A DNA stretch of 64,000 nucleotides from Chiloscyllium plagiosum (Eukaryota). The notes beneath the pieces are model-generated. The model was not told where the DNA came from, did no database searches, and saw only the letters and a list, made by a program, of their open reading frames with translations. Below are positions 1 through 12,418 of this stretch, piece by piece (position 1 is the stretch's first letter; each line of letters begins with the position of its first letter). Location: the NCBI RefSeq assembly GCF_004010195.1, contig NC_057728.1, forward strand, positions 52,468,401 through 52,532,400. The letters are read 5' to 3'. The position numbers and the translations under genes are program-made.

Positions 1-304
1 GGAGAGTCCAGAACTAGAGGGTATAGGTTTAGAGTGAGAGGGAAAAGATATAAAAGAGACCTAAGGGGCAACCTTTTCACGCAGAAGGTGGTACGTGTAT
101 GGAATGAGCTGCCAGAGGAAGTGGTGGAGGCTGGTACAATTGCTACATTTAAGAGGCATTTGGATGGGTATTTGAATAGGAGGGGTTTGGAGGGATAAGG
201 GTCGGGTGCTAGCAGGTGGGACTATATTGGGTTGGGATATCTGGTCAGCATGATGGGTTGGAATGAAGGGGTCTGTTTCCATGCTGGACATCTTGATGAC
301 TCTA
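1..304 (+). mobile_element. CR1/HER1-type LINE 3' end
   Basis: ESRTRG.RFRVRG...WNELPEEVVEAG plus the tail shared with other copies. Confidence 0.85.
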
Positions 305-1370
305 TCATCCCAAAAATTGCAAGTTAATTGTTAAACTCTGATGTTCAAGGGAAATGTTGGTCAGATGGAATCATGTAATCTATTAGTCTTCCACAATCAA
401 ATATGAACTCAGTTTAGTGTTTTTTTTTCTGAAAATGTACCTCAGATAGTGGACAACTGCTGCAACTGAAATGCCAGCGTGAAATTAGATGGTCCATGAC
501 TGGATTGCGGCTTGATCTCAAGAAGTGTGAGTTCATATTTAAGTCAATTTGAAAGTAAATGGAATGTTGCCATTTATTTCAAAGTGAATGGAGTATAAAA
601 TTAGAGGTGTGTCGTTAAAACTATACAAGGCACCAGTCAGACTTTAAATAGTTTTGGGCCTTTTATTGAAGGGAAGGTAGATTGGCATTGGAGGTAGTCC
701 AGAAAAGGTTTACTAGCTTAATCCCAGGCATGGAGGGATTTTCTGAAGAGGAGAGGCTGACTAGGTTGGACCTGTGATCTTTAAAATTTAGAAGAATGAG
801 GGTTGACCTTATTGAAACATACAAGACTGTCAAAGTGGATGCAGAAAGGTTGTTGTGAGAGTATGTCGGATCACAGGACATAATCTCAGAAAATGAGGTT
901 GCACATTTAAGCCAGAAATTAAGAGGAATTTCTTTTTTCAGAGGGCTATGACTCTTCAGGATTCTTTACCACAGAGGACTGTTGAGATTGCATCATTAAG
1001 AATATTCAAGGTTGAGAAAGACATATTTTAATCAATAAGGGAATCAAGGGTCACAGATAAAAAGCAGGAAAGTGAAATTGTGGGTAATTAGATCAGCCAT
1101 TATCCGATTGAATGGCAGACCAGACTCATTGGGCTGAATGGTCTACTTCTGCTCTGATGTATCAGGCTTTTATGTATACTTACTGAGGATTTATTAAAGT
1201 ATTTGGGTTCAGCATGGTTATGTTTAGATGAAAAGTTTTGGAAGATCTTGTTTTGTAAAGCTGGCATGGACCAAGTGAAAAATGGTCAGTTCTGAGCTTA
1301 AGACTTGAGGCTTAACTCTGTACTAATATTGCTTAAAAGAACTTTTATGTGAATAAAAGTTCACCCTTAC

Positions 1371-1417
1371 CTCCAATTCATTTTCTAGCTTAAGAACCTT
1401 TGCTTTCAGCTGGTTTT
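1371..1417 (-). CDS. CEP290: CEP290 exon 5 (gene continues left of the window)
   Basis: (E)NQLKAKVLKLENELE; ttttctctccag| acceptor, |gtaagg donor; 47 nt, restores phase 0 after exon 4. Confidence 0.96.
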
Positions 1418-1523
1418 CTGGAGAGAAAACAAATAAATGCATAAATTTAATTGTTCACTGCAACCTGAAAGGTAACACTGAGCGCACAGCAAAGAACAAA
1501 CTGACTACAAAACAGTGACTTAC

Positions 1524-1593
1524 CTGTTTTGGCTTGTTCTTCCCCTGCTTTTTCAACTTCTTCAAGAGCCAACTCAACTTCCTGCGCTTTCAT
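1524..1593 (-). CDS. CEP290: CEP290 exon 4
   Basis: MKAQEVELALEEVEKAGEEQAKT(E); cag| acceptor, |gtaagt donor; 70 nt. Confidence 0.97.
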
Positions 1594-2724
1594 CTGCATA
1601 TAATTTTAAAACACATAATATCTTGATCATGAATACATATCCAGATCATAGTGAACTTTAGCAATCACAGAATAAATTCAATTTGAACTAACCATGTGCC
1701 TTCCATCCAATATAAAGCAATTTCTAATTTTTCTTTTGCTGCTATATAACCAGTTTTTACTTCTTATTAAAACCACTTACTAACAAAAGGCTCTACAACC
1801 ATATTTTGTACCTGGATTATTTATTAAAAGAACATTAGATTGGATGCAGGATTATTCAAAAGTACTGCATTAAATTGGGCGACCATAATAATTGTAGGCA
1901 AATTCATAATGGATTCTGAAATTAAATGGTTGTGGCTTTTTTTTTGATTTATTACCATTTTTTCTCCCTGCCCAGCTGATACTAATTATTTAGTAGTACA
2001 CGCAGGTTCCATTTGTGGCCAGTGAACCACCAACTCTTGGCCATATATTGCATTAAGATCAACAACAACTTATATTTATATAACACCTTTTAACATTACA
2101 AAATGCCACAAAGCACTTTACTAAGTACTATAAAACAAAATATGATACTGCCCATAAAATATTGGGCAGAAAAAGTATTTAAGAGCATTGTAAAGGAGAA
2201 AAGCAAAGTAGAGATGAGGATTGAGGTAAAGATTTCCAAACTTATGGCCCCAGCTATCAATGAAGACCACCTATCAATGAACAGTGTTTATGACCAAGAC
2301 TATATTACATTTTTTTATTCATTCAGGGAATGTTGGCATTGCTGGCTTTTATGCACCATTCCTAGTTTCCCCAGAGGCGATTAAAAGTAAACTACACTGC
2401 TGTGGGTCTGAATTACATGTAGACAAGACCAGGTAAGGATAACAGAGTTATCAGAAATCCATCCCCTGACCCCTTGCCTCCCAATTAAACGTGGCTTGTG
2501 AATAACTTGGACCATTATGACCACAATGTCATGTTAATATTACTTCATCCAATTAATTCTCTCTTATTTTAATTTAATCATTTTACACCTGGTGCTCACA
2601 CACTTGTGTTTATGGGTTTTCTCCCATACTTTCTTCTGTTTTTTCAACTTCCTCCAATTCTGGTAAAAGCTCCATATTTGAAATCTCAACTTGTCCATTC
2701 TTTCCACGGGTGCTGATGTTTAGT

Positions 2725-3068
2725 GGGGCGACACAGTGGCTCAGTGGTTAGCACTGCTGCCTCACAACACCAAGGACCCAGGTTTGATTCCAGCCTTGGC
2801 CACTGTCTGTGTAGAGTTTGCACATTCTCCCTGTGTCTGCGTGGGTTTCCTCCGGGTACTATGGTTTCCTCCCACAATCCAAAGATGTGCAGGTCAGGTG
2901 AATTGGCCATGCTAAATTGTCCATTGTGTTCGGGGATGTGTAGGTTAGGCGCAGTAGTCTGGGATAAATGTAAAGTTGTAGGGGAATGGGTCTGGGTGGG
3001 TTACTCTTCGGAGAGTCGGTGTGGACTTGTTGGGCCAAACGGCCTGTTCCACACTGCAGGGATTCTAT
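2725..3068 (+). mobile_element. HE1-type tRNA-derived V-SINE
   Basis: A box TGGCTCAGTGG, B-box-like GGTTTGATTCC, central ctgtgtagagtttgcac domain, CR1-like 3' tail. Confidence 0.85.
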
Positions 3069-3441
3069 TTGCTGAACGCTTCCAGAATTGTTTATATTTT
3101 GTTTCAGGTTATCAATGCCAACATTTTTTTTTGCTTTAGTTCCACAGACCTTTAAAATTGAGAGCTCAAAGATCCAGATTTCTCCCAGTCAGGCTTCTTG
3201 CCAAGTAAATAACATTATTTTAAAAATTCTTAAATCCTTACTGATATATTACACAGGTGAAAATAAGCTGCTTCATGGAATATCAGCAGTCAGGTAGTAC
3301 TTAATTAATTATCCTATTAGTTAAATCTCCTGGAAATTTCCTATGTCTTGTTTATGACACATGAACACATGTCTTTACCACATTTGTTAATAAACATTCA
3401 TTCTAGTATTGGAGAAACAAAGAAGCATCTTAAATACAAAC

Positions 3442-3519
3442 CTTCATTAAGGACTGGGTGAGCCGAAAAAGCTGAATTAGTTTCTCTGGGTCTTCTGCTG
3501 TCAATTCATTTCCTTCAAC
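3442..3519 (-). CDS. CEP290: CEP290 exon 3
   Basis: VEGNELTAEDPEKLIQLFRLTQSLMK; tag| acceptor, |gtttg donor; 78 nt, phase 0. Confidence 0.96.
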
Positions 3520-3611
3520 CTATGCACAGAGACTCACCATTATTGATAAAATTATTAAATGCAAAAAATAATTATAGTTACTAAACTGCAAATGGAAACA
3601 AATAGAAATAC

Positions 3612-3713
3612 CTTCGATATTGTGTCCAACAACTTATCTGCCAGTTTCTCTCGACTTGGCAATGAGTCTGGATCAACTTTCATGAATTGAGCCCAATCTA
3701 GATTGGGCGCCAT
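3612..3713 (-). CDS. CEP290: CEP290 first coding exon (exon 2; exon extends to 3724)
   Basis: Reverse complement reads MAPNLDWAQFMKVDPDSLPSREKLADKLLDTISK, matching the vertebrate CEP290 N-terminus; acceptor caacag at 3725-3730, donor AAG|gtattt; 102 coding nt. Confidence 0.96.
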
Positions 3714-4071
3714 CTTGGTTCACCCTGTTGTACACAATGTTCAAATTATCAACAACAATTTGAATGGTGCCATGAGTGCAAAAGATTGTATTTTTGTATT
3801 TAAAAGCGTGTAAATCATATTTTGGGTGGGAAGAAACACAATGGTACGACAGTTGTTACGACACAGGGAGACACATCCAAATCAAAATGTAAATACCCCC
3901 GTATTGGCAATTCTAAAATTAAACTGAAGACTACCAAATAGTCATTCCAATGGTTCCGACCTGGACTCTTGTATAACCATCCCAGACTTTGTGAATAATT
4001 AATTTTCAGACACCAGTTTGCATCTTAAACAAGACACAACTATTTATTAGATACATAATAAATTAGATCCT

Positions 4072-5440
4072 GATTGACTGAACTGAATTGAATTTATTGT
4101 CACGTGCACCGAGGCAGTGAAAAGCTTTGTCTTGTGAGCAAAACAGGCAGATCACATAGTTAAATAGCATAGACAGTAAATAGTAGGTAAACAGCAGCAA
4201 AAACAAAAACACAGGTCCAGGCGAATGTCAAAAGTTTTGAGTCCATTGAGTATTCTAACAACAGTAGGGTAGTAATTGTTTTGAAACTGGCTGGTGCGTG
4301 TTCAGGCTTCTGTACCTTCTCCCCGATGGTAAGGGTTGTAGAAAAACATTGCCAGGGTGGGATGGATCTTTAAGAATGCTGGCGGCCTTTCCTTGACAGC
4401 GGGCCTGGAAGATGGACTGTACAGATGGGAGGTTGGCCTTTGTGATCGTTTGGGCCGAGTTCACCACTCTCTGTAACCATCTCTGATCTTGAATGGTACA
4501 GTTGCCATACCAGGGAGTGATACACCCAGACAGAATGCTCTCGATGGCACACCTATAAAAGTTGGCAAGGGTATTCATGATCATGCCAAATTTCCTCAGC
4601 TGCCTGAGGAAGAGGAGACGTTGTTGTGCCTTTGTAACCAGTGCATCCACATGAAGAGTCCAAGAATGCTTGTTGTGAATGACCATTCCCAGGAGCTTGA
4701 CACTCTCCACTCGTTCCACCTCTGTGCTGTTAATGTGTAGGGGGGCATGAGTAACATCCCGCCGAAAGTCAATAATGAGTTCCTTGGTTTTGCCGGCATT
4801 GAGAGCTAGGTTGTTCTCAGTGCACCATTTTTCCAGGTCTTCCATCTCCCATCTGTAGTCTGTTTCATCGCCATCTGAGATTTGACCGGTTATGGTAGTG
4901 TCATCAGCTAACTTGTAAATGGCATTAGTCTGGTATTTGGCGACGTAGTCATGGGTATACAGAGGGTACAGTAGGAAACTGAGTATGCAATCCCTGGGGG
5001 GACTCGTGTTGAGTGTTAGTGAGGATGAAATATTGTCCCCAATCCTCACTGATTGTGGCCTGTGAGTCAGGAAACTGAGGATCCAGTTGCAGAGAGTGGG
5101 GCTTAGTCCAAGATCACTAATTTTAGTAATCAGTCTCGATGGATAATAGTGTTGAAGGCTGAACTATAGTCAATGAGTAGGGTTCTTACGTAGCTGTTTT
5201 GTGTCAAGATGTTCTAGGGCAGAGTGAAGGGAAAGTGATATGGCACCTGACGTGGATCTGTTGGTCCTGTAGGCAAATTGGAGTGGGTCAAGAGTAGTGG
5301 GGAGGCTGGAGTTGACCAGCCTTTCAAACCACTTCATGATCACCGAAGTTAGGGCTATTGGGTGGTAGTCATTGGGACAAGGTGCATAAGCCTTCTTAGG
5401 CACAGGGATGATGTTGGCCCTCTTGAAACAGGCAGACTGA
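4072..5440 (-). mobile_element. Rex1/Babar non-LTR retrotransposon, 5'-truncated
   Basis: RT translation [14 protein letters not shown]...YKLADDTT...[28 protein letters not shown]; (TTCAA/TTCAG)n-like tail. Confidence 0.85.
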
Positions 5441-7394
5441 TCAACTCTTCCCAAGGTCTCAATTACCATTCAATAATAGCGTGAACATAGGGTCTCTTTC
5501 AGACTTGCCAGAATCAATTCCCAAGTACCTACCTTGTTAATAGCTAACTTCTGCTATCTGTTTCAATACAATGCTCTTGTCGCTGTGTCTGGTAGAACCT
5601 TTTAATCAAGGCTCAACCTGCAGTTATCCTCCAGGCCTGGCCTCACAAACAAACAAAGCTTGTTTGATTTATTGTTTTCCTTTAATGACAAGCTGTCCCA
5701 AAATACACATTTCATTTCCAGCTCACAATTCAAAATTGATAAAAGAATAAAAATAATGAAAAATTAGTGAGGGTTTCAACATAGTTCATAACTTCTCTTC
5801 TGCCAATTCTTCTGATATGTGTAGGATAAAGGGAATCGATAAACAAATTTTTTTTGACTTCTTGAAATTTGAATTTTTTTTTAAACAATTATAATCCAAT
5901 AAAAAAGTATTTTTATATTACTCCAAGTGAGGTTTCCTCCGTTTTTAAAATCAGCCTCAGGATGCAGCTGTCGCAGTGAGCGCAAACATTTACAGCATGG
6001 CCTTAATTGCCTTTCAGAAGGTTGTCATTGACCTTTATCTTGAAACTGTTGCAGTTCATGTGGTGAAGATTCTCTCACAGTGCTGTTAGGTAACAGATTA
6101 CTTGCATTGACCCAAAAACAGTGAAAAAATGACAATATATCCAACTCACAATAGTGTCACACTTGGATATATGCTGCTGTCAAGGTTATGGGTTTAGAAG
6201 TGCTGTCATAAGTTCATAAGATGTTAGGGCAGAATTAGGCCAATTGGTCCATTGAGTCTGCTCCACCATTCGATCATGGCCGATGTGTCTTTTATTCCCA
6301 TTTTCTTGCCTTCTCCCCATAACCCTTCACTCATTACCAATTAAAAGTCTAACAACTCCTTAAATTTACTCACTGTCCCAGCATCCACCACACTTTGGCA
6401 TAGCAAATTTCACAGATTCACAATCATTTGGGAGAAGTAGTTTCTCCTCAACTCTGTTTTAAATTTGCTGCCCTTTATCCTAAGACTATGACCTCTAGTC
6501 CTAGAATACCTAAGAGAAAGCATCTGCTCCACATCTGTTATACCCATATATTTTATCATCTTGAATACCTCAATTTGATCTCCCCTCATTCTTCTAAATT
6601 CCAGAGAATATAGGCCTAAACTGAAGTAGAATTGGCAGGCAGCTGCATACATCTTGTGAAAGTGCCACTGTGTGCAAGTGGTGAAGGGAATAAATGTTTA
6701 TTGGAGTGAATGGGTGCCAACTCAGTGGGATGCTATGTCCTGGATGTTGCCAAATTTCTTCAGTGTTGTTGAAGCAGCACTCAGCCAGGCAGAGAGAGTA
6801 TGCCATCCTGATTTATGCCTTGTAGATGATGGAAAGTCTATTGAGAATCAGGAGATGAATTACTCAATCCCAGCCTGTGATTTGGTCTTGTAGACACAGT
6901 AATTATGTGGTTCATCCTGTAATATGTCTGGTTAATTCTGACCTCCAGGATTTTGACTCAATGCCATTGAATGTCAAGTGGAAATGATTAAAATTTCTTT
7001 TTAAGAGGTGGCCATTGCCTAGCACTTGTGTGATGACATGCTACTCATCCTAAATCTGAATGTCATCCAGGTCTTGCTGCATGTAGGCCCAGGTTGCTAC
7101 AGTAACCGAGGAGTTGTAAATAGAACTGATGATTACATAGTGAATTGTGCCACTTTCTGATCTTATGACAGACAGCAGACCATTGAAGCAGCTGAAGATG
7201 AGTGGGCCAAGGACACTGCAGGAGTTCCTCAGTGTAATGGCATCCTGCGATTGAAAAGATTAGCCTGGAAAAACTATAATCATCTTCCTTCATTCTAAGT
7301 ATGATCCCAGCTACAACCTGATTCCCATTTACTTCAATTTTAGGAGCATTCCTTCATGTCAGAGGGCAGTGGAACAGACACTTGCTAAGATCAA

Positions 7395-7943
7395 TCGGGG
7401 GCAGAGTATTATAAACTCGCACATCACCAGGCGGGGGCAATGTCATACATGTTACCCCAGGGGGTGGTGGGGCAGAATAATGCACACTCGCTCTCATCAC
7501 CAAGGGGGCTGGGTACAGTGTAATACACACTCGATCATGTCACTGGGGGCAGGGGGCAGTGAAATACACTCTCGCCTATGTCACTGGGGGCAGGGGGCAG
7601 TGTAATACACACTTGCCCATGTCACTGGGGCAGAGGTCAGTGTAATACACATTTGCCCAAGTCACTGGGGACAGGGGGCAGTATAATACACACTCACTCA
7701 TGTCACTGGAAGGGGCAGCATAATACACACTCGCTCGTCACTGGAGGCAGGTTGCAGTGTAAGACACACTCGCTCAGGTCACTGGAGGGGGGTGGGGGGC
7801 AGTGTAATACACACTCGCTCATGTCACTGGGTGGGTAGGGGGCAGTGTAATACACACTCGCTCATGTCACTGGAGGGGGGTGGGAGGCAGTGTAATACAC
7901 TCGCTCATGTCACTGGAGGGGAGCGGGGGCAGTGTAATACACA
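7395..7943 (+). repeat. Minisatellite, about 40-bp unit (continues 9683-9790 after the Penelope insertion)
   Basis: About 13 copies of CAGTGTAATACACACTCGCTCATGTCACTG separated by variable G-runs. Confidence 0.92.
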
Positions 7944-9684
7944 GTTTGGGAGAAGATTTGTAGCTCGGGTGCTCGTTGTTGTGGTTCTATTCACCGAGCT
8001 GGGAATTTGTGTTGCAGACATTTCGTCCCCTGTCTAAGTGACATCCTCAGTGCTTGGGAGCTTCCTATGAAGCGCTTCTGTGATGTTTCCTCTGGCATTT
8101 ATAGTGGTTTGTCTCTGCCGCTTCCGGTTGTCAGTTCCAGCTGTCCGCTGCAGTGGCCGGTATATTGGGTCCAGGTTGATGTGCTTATTGATTGAATCTG
8201 TGGATGAGTGCCATGCCTCTAGGAATCCCCTGGCTGTTCTCTGTTTGACTTGTCCTATAATAGTAGTGTTGTCCCAGTCGAACTCATGTTGCTTGTCATC
8301 AGAGTGTGTGGCTGCTAAGGATAGCTGGTCATATCGTTTCGTGGCTAGTTGGTGTTCATGGATGCGGATCGTTAGCTGTCTTCCTTGTCCGATGTAGTGT
8401 TTTGTGCAGTCTTTGCATGAGATTTTGTACACTACATTGGTTTTCCTCATGCTGGGTATCGGGTCCTTCGTCCTGGTGAGTTGTTGTCTGAGAATGGCTG
8501 TTGGTTTGTGTGCTGTTATGAGTCCTAGTGGTCGCAGTAGTCTGGCTGTCAGTTCAGAAATGTTTTTGATGTATGGTAGTGTGGCTAGTCCTTTGGGTTG
8601 TGGCATGTCCTCATTCCGTTTTCTTTCCCTTAGGCATCTGTTGATGAAATTGTGGGGATATCCGTTTTTGGCGAATACATTGTATAGGTGTTCTTCTTCC
8701 TCTTTTGGCAGTTCTGGTGTACTGCAGTGTGTTGTTGCCCTTTTGAACAGTGCCTTGATGCAACTTCTTTTGTGTGTGTTGGGGTGGTTGCTTTCGTAGT
8801 TTAGGACTTGGTCTGTGTGTGTGACTTTCCTGTATACCTTTGTGGTGAATTCTCCGTTCGGTGTTCTCTGTACCATCACGTCTAGGAATGGGAGTTGGTT
8901 GTCCTTTTCTTCCTCTCTAGTGAATCGGATTCCTGAGTGTGGCGTTGATGATCCGGTGAGTGTTCTCTATTTCTGTGTTTTTAATGATTACAAAGGTATC
9001 ATCTACATATCAGATATGTTGATTGTATAGAGTGTCTAGATCCGCTGATCAGGTGTTTCAGTTTCTGCTGTAGTTCTTTAGCCAGTTTGTGTGATGGTGT
9101 CCCTGATAGTGATACTATGGGTCTGAGTGGGATGTCTGGTTTGTGCACTTTAGGTAGTCCATAGAATCTGGGGGTGTTGTTGCTTTCAGGTTTCATTCTC
9201 TGTAGGTCAAACCTGGTTATCTGTCCGTTTTTTTGTAGGTATTGGTGAGCTGTGGGGTGGGGTCAAACTCCCTCTTTTGGTAGGTGTTGGTATCTGCAAG
9301 TAGTTGTTGCGCTTTTTGGATGTAGTCTGCTTTGTCCAGGATGACCATCATTCTGCCTTTGTCTGCTGGTGGCATGATTATGTTCTTATTGTTTCTTAGT
9401 GCTTTTAGTGCTTCCCTCTCCTTAGAGTTAAGTTTATGTGTTTGTCTTTTCCTTGTTATCAGGAATTCAATCAATAAGCACATCGATCTGGACCCAATAT
9501 ACCGGCCACTACAGCGGACAGCTGGAACTGACAACTGGAAGCGGCAGGTACAAATCAGTATAAATGCCGGAGGAAACATCACAGAAGCGCTTCACAGGAG
9601 GCTCCCATGCACCGAGGATGTCACCTAGACAGGGGACGAAACGTCTGCAACACAAATTCCCAGCTCGATGAACAAAACCACAAC
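7944..9684 (-). mobile_element. Penelope-like element, internally deleted (RT fragments plus GIY-YIG endonuclease), with inverted pseudo-LTR
   Basis: ORF 8034-8879 has VYRKVTHTD, NGYP, VVYKISCKDC...YIGQ...RIHEH; 8999-9196 has PRFYGLPKVHKPDIPLRPIVS; 9462-9684 is a plus-strand inverted copy of the 3' end. Confidence 0.92.
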
Positions 9685-9885
9685 AGTGTAACACACTCGC
9701 TCACGCCCGGGGGGAGAACAGTGTAACACACTCGCTCACGTCACCAGCGTTCGGAGTGTAATAGTGTAATACACACTCGCTCACAAGGAGGGTGAAGACA
9801 TGAAACAGGGCCGCTACCAGTTTGCTGACTGTCCGGGTCCCCGCCTTTAGGGGTTTATAATAACGAGAGCAAAAGTTTCCGTTAC

Positions 9886-10070
9886 CTCCTTGCCCGGCGG
9901 CCTCGAGAGCGGGACCGTTGAAAGCCGCTGCTAGGCGACCATCCACCTTTACGACAGATGGTCATCCGCTCAGCGGCAAACGGTCGTTGATTTTGCGACA
10001 TTCGGTCACTTGCTTTCCGGCATGAGGGAAACACTCTCGCGATATTTTGCCTCCCGGTGGTTTGCAAAGA
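9886..10070 (-). promoter_or_regulatory. CEP290: Putative CEP290 promoter and non-coding exon 1 (CpG-rich)
   Basis: Local CpG enrichment in a CpG-poor background; minus-strand donor GAG|gtaacg at 9886/9885; TSS position not determinable. Confidence 0.6.
9927..9939 (-). promoter_or_regulatory. RFX X-box-like motif
   Basis: GTCGCCTAGCAGC, two mismatches from GTTGCCTAGCAAC, in the CpG-rich 5' region of a ciliary gene. Confidence 0.55.
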
Positions 10071-10134
10071 GCTCTTGTCCAGGTCAGAGAGAATGGCCAT
10101 GATTCCAGATTGCTCTATCATCAATATTTGACAG

Positions 10135-11040
10135 TTCAATTTGTCTGTGCTGACTATACAGCCCAATTTTACATATTCCCATTTGACAGTATTTGGCCCA
10201 TAACCTGTTAAACCCTTTCTATTCATGTACCCATCCAGGTGCCTTTTAAATGTTGCAAACGTACCTGCTTCCACTATTTCCTCTGGCAGCTCATTCTAAA
10301 AAGCACCACCCTTTGTGTGAAAGGTTGCCACTCAGGCTTTTTGTAAATCTTTCCTCTCTCACCTTAAACCCACGTACTCTAGTTTTGGACTCCTTCCACT
10401 CTAGGAAGAAGACCTTGGCTACCCATGCCCCTCATGATTGTGTAAACCTCTACACGGTCATCCCTCAGCCTCCAAAGCTCCAGAGATAAAAGCTCCAGCC
10501 TATTCTGCCACTCCCTATAACTGAAACCCTCCAGGCCTGGCAACATTCTTGGAAATCTTTTCTGCACCCTTTCAAGTTTAACATTCTTCCAATAGAAGGG
10601 GTTTCCCTGGGATCGAAGAGTCCAGACAAAATTGCAATATTTAAAAGGCATTTGGGTGGGCATATGAATAGGAAGGGTTTGGAGGGATATGGGCCGGGTG
10701 CTGGCAAGTGGGACTAGATTGGGTTTGGAAATCTGGTCAGCATGGATGGGTTGGACTGAAGGGTTTGTTTCCATGCTGTACATTTCTATGATTAAAATTG
10801 TATGCGGTATTCTAAAAATGGTCTCACCAAAGTCCTGTACAGCTACAACATGACATTCCAACTCCCATACTCTGCTTTCACCAGTGAAAGCAAAGGTGCC
10901 AAATGCCTTTTTCACCACACTGTCGACTTGTGACTCCACTTTCAAGGAACTATGCACCTGCACCCCTGGAAACATTTCCCAGAACTCTATCCTTACCTGT
11001 ATAAATCCTGCCCTGGTTTGCCTTAACAAAATGCAACATC
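10135..11040. mobile_element. CR1 LINE fragments in alternating orientation
   Basis: LERVQKRF/VQVHSSLKV translations on minus; plus-strand 3' tail at about 10625-10790. Confidence 0.8.
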
Positions 11041-11283
11041 TCCTCACAGCAATGTGTGTTTACCTATACCACATGTACTGCACCTTGTCAAGGGCATATA
11101 GGGTTGGGCAACACATGGAGTGCCAGTAATACCCACATGTCAAGAAAAAATAGATGCAAAGTTTGGTTGATTAACGTTTTTGTATGCACCATTGAAAGCA
11201 TTCTATCTTCAAAGATTGTGAGAAGATTTGTAGCTCGGGTGCTCGTTGTTGTGGTTCTGTTCGCCGAGCTGGGAACTTGTGTT

Positions 11284-11323
11284 GCAGACGTTTCGTCCCC
11301 TGTCTAGGTGACATCCTCAGTGC
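11284..11323 (-). ncRNA. Minimal hammerhead ribozyme motif (Penelope pLTR), intact core
   Basis: gca-CTGAGGA-t-gtc...gac-GAAACGTC-tgc: CUGANGA and GAAA boxes, stem I and stem II pairings. Confidence 0.75.
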
Positions 11324-11594
11324 TTGGCCTTAGTAGCCACACATGCAGATGACAAGGAACATGAATTCGACTGGGATAACACTACCATTATAGGACAAGC
11401 CAAACAGAGAACAGCCAGGGAATCCCTAGAGGTATGGCACTCATCCACAGATTCAATCAATAAGCACATCGACCTGGACCCAATATACCGACCACTGCAA
11501 CGGACAGCTGGAACTGACAACCGGAAGCAGCAGATTCAAACCACTACAAATGCTGGAGGAAAGATCACAGAAGCGCTTCACAGGAGGCTCCCAA

Positions 11595-11634
11595 GCACTG
11601 AGGATGTTACCTAGACACGGGACGAAACGTCTGC
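11595..11634 (+). ncRNA. Minimal hammerhead ribozyme motif (Penelope pLTR), intact core
   Basis: gca-CTGAGGA-t-gtt...gac-GAAACGTC-tgc. Confidence 0.72.
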
Positions 11635-11857
11635 AGCACAAATTCCCAACTCGGCGAACAGAACCACAACAGCATTCTATCTCAATGCATTGTTATGGCA
11701 ACCGCACTGCCCAGGACGGTAAGATGCTGCACAGTTGTAAACACAGCCCTGTCCATTATGCAAGCCAACATTCCATCCATTGACTCTGTCTGTACTTCCT
11801 GTTGCCTTGGTAAGGTAGTCAATATAATCAAAGACCTTTCCCACCCTGGTTATAATC

Positions 11858-12418
11858 TTTAGGCCACTGTTGGAATATTGCGTGCAATTCTGGTCTCCTT
11901 CCTATCGGAAAGATGTTGTGAAACTTGAAAGGGTTCAGAAAAGATTTACAAGGATGTTGCCACGGTTGGAGGATTTGAGCTATAGTGAGAGGCTGAACAG
12001 GCTGGGGCTGTTTTCCCTGGAGCGTCAGAGGCTAAGGGCTGACCTTATAGAGGCTTACAAAATTATGAGGGGCATTGATAGGGTAAATAGGCAAAGTCTT
12101 TTCCCTGGGGTCAGGGAGTCCAGAACTAGAGGGCATAGGTTTAGGGTGAGAGGGGAAAGATATAAAGGAAACCTACGGGGCAACTTTTTCACACAGAGAG
12201 TGGTACGTGTATGGAATGAGCTGCCAGAGGCAGTGGTGGAGACTGGTACGATTGCAACATTTTAGAGGCATTTGAATGGGTATATGAATAGGAAGGGTTT
12301 GGAGGGATATGGGCTGGGTGCTGACAGGTGGGACTAGATTGGGTTGGGATATCTGGTCGGCATGGACAGGTTGGACCGAAGGATCTGTTTCCATGCTGTA
12401 CATCTCTATGACTCTATG
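11858..12418 (+). mobile_element. CR1/HER1-type LINE 3' fragment
   Basis: ORF 11870-12265 LEYCVQFWSP...LERVQKRFTRM...RTRGH...WNELP. Confidence 0.9.

Larger units (their letters stand above)
11209..11670 (+). mobile_element. Short Penelope-like copy (same family as 7944-9684) with inverted terminal segment
   Basis: GIY-YIG C-terminus (HEFDWDNTTIIGQ...EVWHS) plus pLTR; about 11220-11325 is an inverted copy of its 3' end; 12-bp TSD AGCATTCTATCT at 11197-11208 and 11671-11682. Confidence 0.9.

Noticed and set aside
2723..3139. 138-aa ORF and similar ORFs at 59188, 60156 and 63031
   Set aside because: Translations of HE1 SINE copies
4255..5049. 264-aa reverse transcriptase ORF as a functional RT
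   Set aside because: 5'-truncated Rex1/Babar copy with degenerate motifs ([13 protein letters not shown]) and frameshifts
7395..7943. CRISPR-like look: 30-nt palindromic-ended repeats with variable spacers
   Set aside because: Spacers are 5-15 nt G-runs rather than unique sequences, there are no cas genes, and the context is a vertebrate intron; it is a minisatellite
8034..8879. 281-aa GIY-YIG nuclease ORF as a novel host gene or defence system
   Set aside because: Embedded in a deleted Penelope element with pLTRs and a second copy at 11.2-11.7 kb; no exon structure
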